Origin: an uncultured Poribacteria bacterium
GTDB lineage: Bacteria > Poribacteria > WGA-4E > WGA-3G
Direction of reading: 5' to 3'
DNA: 64,000 nucleotides
Assembly (NCBI GenBank): GCA_958296135.2
Contig: CATQHZ020000001.1
Span: 3,488,001-3,552,000, forward strand
The translations under genes and the position numbers were made by a program. Under the pieces are notes generated by a model that was not told where the DNA came from, did no database searches, and was given only the letters and a program-made list of their open reading frames with translations. Positions 48,312-55,579 of this stretch are shown here, in pieces (positions within the stretch are counted from its first letter, which is position 1; the number at the start of each line of letters is the position of its first letter).

Positions 48312-50849
48312 TTATCCCCTGAAATGTAGAGAACGTCTCTGCACATCCGCTACGATTTCCTTCCGATAAAGCCCGCAAGGAAACCGCGAATCATTGAACC
48401 GAATACTGAGGGTATCCCTGACAGTAGGCCGGAAAAACATCGCCTGTCCCCTGATTTTTAGCAGCAGCGCAATGGACTCGCCCGCGACAAGCGTGAACGC
48501 CGGCGGAAGATGCGGCACGTAGGAAAACTGGTGATTTTCAAACCGAACCTCGAAAACCCTCAATTCCCTGTCGCCTACGTTGGTAATGACTAATTGCCTT
48601 CCATCAAGCTGAATATCAGCACGGCTCTCAACGATATCCATCGCAAACGGAAGAGGTAGCGTTATTTCCGAACGCCGGTCCTTCAGGCGTAAGACACACC
48701 GACACTCCTGGGCAGACAGTGGAACTTGTGGACGCAGCATAAACTGACATCCCCCCGCTTGCTCCTGAACCGTCAACAGTTGCTGCTGTGCTAGTTTTTC
48801 AGGAATTTCCGCCGCGGTGCATTCGATAGCCTCGCCATCGCTGCGGCGCACCCTTACCTCCGCATGTTGTGGCTCATCAAACAGAAAGACCTTGGGAAAA
48901 TAGAGAACCGGCGGTTCTGGCATGAGATGCACTATCTCGTATTTCGCAACGAAGGGCAGCACACGGCGGTTTGCAAGATAGCAATTCGTTACCAGCGACG
49001 CATCGCATTTTCTGCGATAGGCATTTGAGGATTTCTCACTCAAAACCTGCACGAGAGGCGCGGTGCTGATACGTTCAAACGGTGTTTTGTTCTGGATACG
49101 GAAATCGCCTTCCGCAAACCGAAGAACCGTGCTCGGCTGGATTGTCCCTTTCAGTTCCCCTTTTCCAAAAATATCAAGCGAGAGCGGAACGCCTTCGGAT
49201 TTTCCTTGCTGAATTTGCGGGAATGCTAATTCGGTATTTCGGAGAAAAGGGACAGCCCCATTCGTCATCCCCATCACGAAAATCGGCACACGGAACCCAC
49301 TAGGAGATTCTACCGCGCTCTCCATCTCAAGCCACCCTAAATTCAGCCCCGGTTGGAGCCCCCCAGGCGAAAACACTATCGTGATATCCGTTTTGTCCGA
49401 ACTCGGCAGACTCACAGTCTCAGGTTCAATTCGCATCCATTCAACCGAAGAACGGCACAGGAGTTTGTGTCTCTGTTTGGACTTATTTTGCAGGGTAACC
49501 TGCTGTCCATTCCTCGCGACGCGGATGCTAGATGCGACACCTTGGGAACAACAGACAATCTCATGCAAACGACTCGGGTCAAGGCGCGTTTCACCGTCAA
49601 TTTCAGCGCGGAAGAGATACGTGCCCTCCGGAATACTCAACGTGACTCCGAAACTATCGGCGCGCTTCTCTAGAAAAAGCGTCCGCGGTGTCCACTGATT
49701 AAAATCACCTATCAAATAACCAGCCCGGGTTTCCTCCGACGATGGAAATCGAAAATCCCTATCTTCAAAAATCATCACGGTTTGAGGGATTTTAGATGCC
49801 GGTAGGACTTCGACCGGCAGCGGTTTCCACTTTGTAGGGACATCGTAGACAGCCGGCGTATCCGCCCGGTCGGATTCAAACGTCAGTTCGGTTTTTCCGA
49901 TGATTTCATACCAACTCCAGACCGGAATTTTCTTATCCGACACGTCAATTTCCGCAAAATTACGTCCCTGTTCAAGTTTATCGACATTCACGGAAACAAG
50001 CAGACTGGCTGTGGCATACGGTTCAACACCGATTGTTCGTTGAGCAGATAGCCATGCAGCATCTGATTGAACGCGTCCCGAAAATGGATGTGACGTGATG
50101 TTTGCAATTTGGACTATCTGTTGAAGGAATTTTAATTTTGATGCCTCGGTGCTCGTTTTTGGCATCACGGCACCCGGCCGCCGCGAATTCAACTCATAGT
50201 GGAGCGCGCCTTGCGGGGTTTCAAGAACAGCGTCATAGGTAGGCACTCCCGGTTCCGATGTCTCTTGTGGTGTCACTGTAAGCCGTGTTGGCGGCGTGAG
50301 CCCGAAGTCGCCGAGCAGGGAAAAATCAAATGTTTCTGCTTGAGTGGAAACCAACGATACCTTCCATGCAGTGATTTCGCCAAAGTTGATGAACGCTGGC
50401 ACTGCCACTTTTGCACCCGAGTCTTCAGGAAGGCGAACCCCTAACAACACTTTGCTAAATGCTTTACTTCTCGCGTTGGAGACAAGGTTCAGCTCAGCGA
50501 TAGTGACGGTTGCAGCTTCCAACAATTTCTCTGGGACAAGCCTCAGTTCAATTTCTAGCGGCTCCGATGCTATCCTTAGTTCAGTCGGAGTCGGTTTTTG
50601 AGTCCTTTTCACCCAGCCACTGCACGCCCGAGGGATACGCACGCGTTCCACGCGCAGCGTCCTGCCGCCGACATTCCAAACGCGAATCTTTACCGTAGGC
50701 ATTGGATGCTCAAACTCATCCACGTAGATATCCGGTGCAGTGTAAAGATACGGTTCATCAATTGGCGTAACCGTGAACGGAAGTTCCGCTGCATCTGGGG
50801 CCGGCGGCAAATATAATTGACGATGGATTGCCTTTAGGTGGTGAATCAT
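48312..50849 (-). CDS. Multi-Ig (ASH/BACON-like) protein with a central CBM48/AMPK-beta glycogen-binding domain
   Basis: Repeated 'I-N-G---L-V' beta-sandwiches and 'YLIGDFNQW...TLSIPEGTYLFRAEIDG'; no signal peptide. Confidence 0.65.
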   Translation of the reverse strand: MIHHLKAIHRQLYLPPAPDAAELPFTVTPIDEPYLYTAPDIYVDEFEHPMPTVKIRVWNVGGRTLRVERVRIPRACSGWVKRTQKPTPTELRIASEPLEIELRLVPEKLLEAATVTIAELNLVSNARSKAFSKVLLGVRLPEDSGAKVAVPAFINFGEITAWKVSLVSTQAETFDFSLLGDFGLTPPTRLTVTPQETSEPGVPTYDAVLETPQGALHYELNSRRPGAVMPKTSTEASKLKFLQQIVQIANITSHPFSGRVQSDAAWLSAQRTIGVEPYATASLLVSVNVDKLEQGRNFAEIDVSDKKIPVWSWYEIIGKTELTFESDRADTPAVYDVPTKWKPLPVEVLPASKIPQTVMIFEDRDFRFPSSEETRAGYLIGDFNQWTPRTLFLEKRADSFGVTLSIPEGTYLFRAEIDGETRLDPSRLHEIVCCSQGVASSIRVARNGQQVTLQNKSKQRHKLLCRSSVEWMRIEPETVSLPSSDKTDITIVFSPGGLQPGLNLGWLEMESAVESPSGFRVPIFVMGMTNGAVPFLRNTELAFPQIQQGKSEGVPLSLDIFGKGELKGTIQPSTVLRFAEGDFRIQNKTPFERISTAPLVQVLSEKSSNAYRRKCDASLVTNCYLANRRVLPFVAKYEIVHLMPEPPVLYFPKVFLFDEPQHAEVRVRRSDGEAIECTAAEIPEKLAQQQLLTVQEQAGGCQFMLRPQVPLSAQECRCVLRLKDRRSEITLPLPFAMDIVESRADIQLDGRQLVITNVGDRELRVFEVRFENHQFSYVPHLPPAFTLVAGESIALLLKIRGQAMFFRPTVRDTLSIRFNDSRFPCGLYRKEIVADVQRRSLHFRG

Positions 50850-50880
50850 CAAAAATGCCTCATTAGGTGAATCTGACAAA

Positions 50881-50909
50881 ATCCTAAGCGAACGCCCGTT
50901 TTTTGTCAA
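50881..50909 (-). promoter_or_regulatory. Internal sigma70 promoter for the multi-Ig gene
   Basis: TTGACA-17 nt-TAGGAT on the minus strand. Confidence 0.55.
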
Positions 50910-50917
50910 GCCCCAAG

Positions 50918-51955
50918 TTATTCGTCTAACGGGCTCTTTGAAGACGAATCTTTTGACTGAAACACCCCATCATTCTCGGCATCCTCATCCGGCCAGTCAT
51001 CATCTCCATTCCCATTTCCGTCCGAACGCAGATAGCGGTAAACCAAATATACAATCGGAATAGCAACACCAACCAGAATGAAGATGATAGCAATCACTTG
51101 CCCGGCGACGTTGTCCGTGTCCGAGGCAGTTTGCCGTTCCGGCATCGGCTTTTCAGGGCGCGGTTTTACAGGCGGCGTTGTCGTTTTCGGTGTTGGGGTG
51201 GGCTGCACAGGCTCTGGGTGTCTTACCTGCTGCGGTTCAGGTGCAGGGCCTGTTTTGAAAGGCGTTAACGGCACAATGCTATCAACCTTGCGCGCATAAG
51301 CCGCAGGCACCGTTCCAACAGTCCATCCGGTGCCGGTTGTCTCGCAGTAGTAATAGTTCGTGCCATCGTAGGCAAAAGCGGTGCCTTTGAAATCTCCGCT
51401 GACTCCGAGTGCAATGTGTCCGGGAGCGAAAATCAGTGCCGTTGAATCGCCCAGGCCGCTGAGAATAGCCGCCACAAGGATAGTCGTATCTTCACAGTCG
51501 CCTCCCCCTTCAATGAGCGTTTCAATAGCGTATCGCCGGAACTCATCATACCCTGTTGTCACGTCATCAAGCGTATACGGCAGAGATTGCACAAAACTCA
51601 AGACGAAATCTACCCGTTCTTGCCGGGACCAGCTCCGATGTCGCCGGAAGGTTTTTTGAAACTCGCGTATCAGATTGCCAACCGTCCCTGTGCCTTCCGC
51701 CACCAACTTGGGAATATCGTAGCGTTCTTTCCCAGAGTAAGAATTATACCGCTCCACGTCAATTGTCATCAGCACAGTATAAGACTTTCCTTGGAAATTC
51801 CACACGTACCGCCGCCCAATTGTCTGGCGATTCTGTTGCGGACGTTGCTGGTTGATGCCTTCCACAATCAGCACCTCGCGGAGTGCATCCTCTGCAAAAC
51901 TATCCCCGCTGATAAGGCATCCGCTCAGAATGAGCAGTGCAAGAAAAAACCTCAT
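50918..51955 (-). CDS. Transglutaminase-like cysteine protease with signal peptide and C-terminal TM anchor
   Basis: 'FVQSLPY', 'GGDCEDTTIL', 'PGHIALGV' and 'YYCETT', then a Pro/Thr linker, a TM helix and an acidic tail. Confidence 0.8.
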   Translation of the reverse strand: MRFFLALLILSGCLISGDSFAEDALREVLIVEGINQQRPQQNRQTIGRRYVWNFQGKSYTVLMTIDVERYNSYSGKERYDIPKLVAEGTGTVGNLIREFQKTFRRHRSWSRQERVDFVLSFVQSLPYTLDDVTTGYDEFRRYAIETLIEGGGDCEDTTILVAAILSGLGDSTALIFAPGHIALGVSGDFKGTAFAYDGTNYYYCETTGTGWTVGTVPAAYARKVDSIVPLTPFKTGPAPEPQQVRHPEPVQPTPTPKTTTPPVKPRPEKPMPERQTASDTDNVAGQVIAIIFILVGVAIPIVYLVYRYLRSDGNGNGDDDWPDEDAENDGVFQSKDSSSKSPLDE

Positions 51956-51956
51956 A

Positions 51957-53090
51957 TCACTCTCCTCGGATTACCACCGGTTTTTGCACGATGGTGCCAT
52001 CTGCTATCCGTTGCAGTCCGGGTAAAACGACTTCTACAATGGTGCCAGGTTCCTCACCTGTCTGCCGTGAACCTTGGATCTCATGCGCCCGCGAATCGGA
52101 TTTTGTGTATCCCACCTCAATTGGAACGATTTCGTAGCCGACAAGATGTAGGAATTTATCCATGCGTTCGGATAGTGCCTCAAACGGCATGCATCTTGCC
52201 ACGCTGTTAAAAAGCCTGTCGGTGATGAACCGCGGAATAAAGGCATCGTATTCCGCAGAGTCTACCTCGCGTCCTTGTTCATAACCGATGAGCATCCCTT
52301 CAAACCGTGCCACATAAACGGCGCAAGTATTCCGGATGTCATCCAGTTCGGCATCCGTGATGCACTCAATTTCCACCGAGAGCGGCGGTGGCGACGGTGG
52401 TGACTCCCCGCGAATCGCGCTGAGTCTCGCTGTGATATCCTCTCTCCGACATGTCAAAGTCTCAATGACATTCGGGTTTGACTCACCCAAGCGTTCTAAT
52501 TCGGCTTTCCACGTTCCGAGCGCTCGCGCCATCAGATTGAGAAACTGAAGAACCCTCTGACTTGGCGTAGCGGTTTCCATCTCACCCAACTCAATCGGTT
52601 GCCCCTCATAATAGGCACGCGCCAATGCCAAGACCTGGGCCCGCGTTTTCCGGACAATTGCCACTGCCTCTGCTTTTAATCCCCCGGTCTCATTGATGCC
52701 TGTTTTTAGCGAATCCAAGGGGGCATCGCTTAACGGTTCTGGTTCGGGACTTGGAGGTGCGTTTACAAGCCGCGGCTGCTCAATAGCCGCTGGTGCCTTA
52801 GCCTCATCCAACAGTTTTCGTAAATCATCTATGGAATTTGGCCACTCTTTTTTGCCTATTCGGAAATAGAACTTCTCGTATTTTTCAAATCCCTTGGGCA
52901 ATTTCACCGTCCGTGAAACGCCAGCGAGCAACTGAAAATGTTTCAACGAATGATTTAATTTCCCCAGTTTCTGATAGCGAATGTCAATATATTTTCTGTC
53001 TTGACCACGGTTATTGAAGACCAGAATCGCCTGCTCATGTTCCCAGCCGGCTGAGATAGAAATATGCTCAATTATTGCCACTTGCCGCAT
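51957..53090 (-). CDS. GrpE-like nucleotide exchange factor domain protein, soluble N-terminus
   Basis: C-terminal 'G-EIVPIEVG---DSRAHEI...PGTIVEVVLPGL...QKPVV' matches the GrpE beta-head. Confidence 0.7.
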   Translation of the reverse strand: MRQVAIIEHISISAGWEHEQAILVFNNRGQDRKYIDIRYQKLGKLNHSLKHFQLLAGVSRTVKLPKGFEKYEKFYFRIGKKEWPNSIDDLRKLLDEAKAPAAIEQPRLVNAPPSPEPEPLSDAPLDSLKTGINETGGLKAEAVAIVRKTRAQVLALARAYYEGQPIELGEMETATPSQRVLQFLNLMARALGTWKAELERLGESNPNVIETLTCRREDITARLSAIRGESPPSPPPLSVEIECITDAELDDIRNTCAVYVARFEGMLIGYEQGREVDSAEYDAFIPRFITDRLFNSVARCMPFEALSERMDKFLHLVGYEIVPIEVGYTKSDSRAHEIQGSRQTGEEPGTIVEVVLPGLQRIADGTIVQKPVVIRGE

Positions 53091-53107
53091 TTTTCAACCT
53101 CATCCCA

Positions 53108-54289
53108 TTACTCCCCGCGAATCACCACCGGTTTTTGCACGGGGGTACCGTCTGCTATCCGTTGCAGTCCGGGTAACACCACCTCAACAATGGTGCCGGG
53201 TTCATCCCCCGTCTGCCGTGAACCTTGGATCTCATGCGCGCGCGAATCGGCTTTCGTGCGCCCTATCTCAATCGGAACGATTTCACAACCGACAAGCCCT
53301 AAGAATTTATGCAAGCGTTCAGACAGCTGCTCAAACGGCATCATCCGCGCTACGCCGTTGAAAAGCCTCTCGGTGATGAACTGAGGAATAAATGTGCTGT
53401 ATGCCTCTCTGTCTACCTCACGTCCCTGCTCGTAGCCGATGAGCATCCCTTGAAACTGAGCCACATAAACGGCGCACGCGTTCAGTATGTCATTCAATTC
53501 CAGTTCTGTCGTGGGCGAGGTTTCGACTTCAAGCGGCGGGGGCGCAGGCGGGGACTCCCCACGGATGGCTTGCAGTTTCGCGGTGATGTCCGATTCCCGG
53601 TATGTCAGAACGTCAACAAGCTCGGAATTCGCCTCATCCGATTGCACGACTTCCGTTTTCCATTTCCCGATGTCGCTTGCCAGCATATTTAAAAACCCTA
53701 ACACATTCTGACTCGGCGTGGGAGTTTCGAGCTCCCCTAGTTCAATCGGCTGTCCCTCGCGATAAGTGCGCGCCAAGGCCGATACCTGTTCCACTGCCTC
53801 TCGAACAGCCCTCTCGGCTTCTTGCTGGTAGGCAATCAAAGTATCTTTCGTCACCTCGCCCACTTCCAACTTCTCCAAATCCACCTCTAGATTGTGGACG
53901 CGCGTATTGGTTTGCGCAAGGGTATTTCGGAGATTCTCCTGTGCCTCTTTCGTCTCTTTTAATTCCTGGGTGTTGTCTCTGCCAACCTTTTCAACGCGCG
54001 CTAACCTTTGCGTCAAATCTTGTCTCAGTTGGCAGGATGTGGCGTTCCACCCTTCTTTCAGTTCTTGCAACTGCTTCTGCTGCCGGACCGCCTGGAAACC
54101 GAGGATAACAAGCGCGGCTATAACGATAAGCACACCGAGGATAACAAGGGAATCCCAGAACCAAGCTGCCAAAAAATTCGGTTCCGCAGGTGCTTGTTCA
54201 GCGTTATCTTGTGAATACCCTAACGAGGCACCCCCAAACAAGACGAAGGCGATAAGCATTGCCGCAGCTATAAAACGATACGTAGCCAT
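53108..54289 (-). CDS. Membrane-anchored coiled-coil GrpE-like protein
   Basis: Signal peptide, TM helix and coiled coil, followed by the same GrpE-like head as the neighbouring gene. Confidence 0.72.
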   Translation of the reverse strand: MATYRFIAAAMLIAFVLFGGASLGYSQDNAEQAPAEPNFLAAWFWDSLVILGVLIVIAALVILGFQAVRQQKQLQELKEGWNATSCQLRQDLTQRLARVEKVGRDNTQELKETKEAQENLRNTLAQTNTRVHNLEVDLEKLEVGEVTKDTLIAYQQEAERAVREAVEQVSALARTYREGQPIELGELETPTPSQNVLGFLNMLASDIGKWKTEVVQSDEANSELVDVLTYRESDITAKLQAIRGESPPAPPPLEVETSPTTELELNDILNACAVYVAQFQGMLIGYEQGREVDREAYSTFIPQFITERLFNGVARMMPFEQLSERLHKFLGLVGCEIVPIEIGRTKADSRAHEIQGSRQTGDEPGTIVEVVLPGLQRIADGTPVQKPVVIRGE

Positions 54290-54336
54290 TTTCTTTTCTC
54301 CAGAATCTGAAAAACTTCGTGTCTTGAACTTGTGCG

Positions 54337-55545
54337 TCAGTCCATCAGAACCGGCACGGTAAATTCAACAGTCCGCGGTTCGCGCGCTTCAGGCAAATGG
54401 ACTTCAAAGGTACCGTGGGCAGAATCTGACAAGGCGACTGAGAGAACAAACTCCCCGTTTTTGTTGTTTGCCCCCGCGTCTACCTCAAGCGTCGCGAGGT
54501 GATGCATATCGCTGCTGTCCGCCAAGGATAAGCCGCAGAAAAGATGCATATCAAATGGCGCAAGGGTTCCCTTGACACGAAAGGCTTTTTTCCGTTGATA
54601 CGGAGGTGTCCACTCTTTCGGGATGAGCTCAACCCAACGGCCACTGGGTAACCTCACACCGAAGCAGAAGCGATAGGTAAAGTGGATAGGCTTTTCAAGG
54701 CTATGCGTCTCAAATTGCCGCACCAATTCCGCGCCGCCCAGAAGCGTGGCATCCTCCTGTGGCTCAAGGAAGGTGGCACTGCAACGCGCCTGCAACGATT
54801 TCATGAGCGCACTGCCTGAATCCGAAATCGCGCCTGAAAAACCGATGACAATCGGGACATTTGCCGCAACCTTTTTTACAGTTTGGAGCAAATCCGAGAC
54901 AGGTTTCTCCGTATCCATGAAGAAGTCGGAATACCGCCGGATATCACACAACTCTAATTTTTCGCACGCTGCCTCTCGTTCACAAATCAGGTGATAGCGC
55001 GTTAAGTCGTGCCGCGAAAAATGGACGAGAAACGCCTGAAGTTCGTCTAAAGCGGCGAGTCTCTCCTGCCATGCATCCCGATAAGAGAAAGCGAGACACA
55101 GGCTCTGCGTGAGACAACTCCGAAGCACCGCGTTTGAGGCATTGAACCCCGGTTTCTCAATCCCCTTGAATGCCTTCCGAAGTTGCTGCCGATGCACCCC
55201 TTTCCACTGATACGGCGTGATAACATACACCGACATCGCTTCTTGCGGTAATTGCCGATGGAAAATTTCTTCCAGAAACGCGCGAAATAGGCACGCCAAA
55301 GTCGGTGCATCTGTCATCTCTTTAAGATGCAAATCCAACTCTGTAAACCGAACTTCTGTTGGGCGGTTTGAGTCAAGCCGATCGAACGCTTCCCCGAAGC
55401 ATGCCGATAAGGTGCCATCGGCTGCCTGCTGGAAACCTACTTCCCACGGCAGGTTCAGTTCAAGGGATTCAATCCCATCGTCGCTTATCATCCCACCTCG
55501 AATTTCGGGCGCAGAAAAATCGATGATGCATACGCGTTTCTGCAT
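54337..55545 (-). CDS. Degenerate Hsp70/actin-fold protein
   Basis: 'CIIDFS', 'VITPYQW---HRQQLRKAF', 'DATLLGGA' and 'ELIPK---PP' are collinear with Hsp70 landmarks, but the phosphate loops are lost. Confidence 0.55.
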   Translation of the reverse strand: MQKRVCIIDFSAPEIRGGMISDDGIESLELNLPWEVGFQQAADGTLSACFGEAFDRLDSNRPTEVRFTELDLHLKEMTDAPTLACLFRAFLEEIFHRQLPQEAMSVYVITPYQWKGVHRQQLRKAFKGIEKPGFNASNAVLRSCLTQSLCLAFSYRDAWQERLAALDELQAFLVHFSRHDLTRYHLICEREAACEKLELCDIRRYSDFFMDTEKPVSDLLQTVKKVAANVPIVIGFSGAISDSGSALMKSLQARCSATFLEPQEDATLLGGAELVRQFETHSLEKPIHFTYRFCFGVRLPSGRWVELIPKEWTPPYQRKKAFRVKGTLAPFDMHLFCGLSLADSSDMHHLATLEVDAGANNKNGEFVLSVALSDSAHGTFEVHLPEAREPRTVEFTVPVLMD

Positions 55546-55579
55546 GAGTCATCCTGTGTGTCATGAAGCCAACGGCAAA

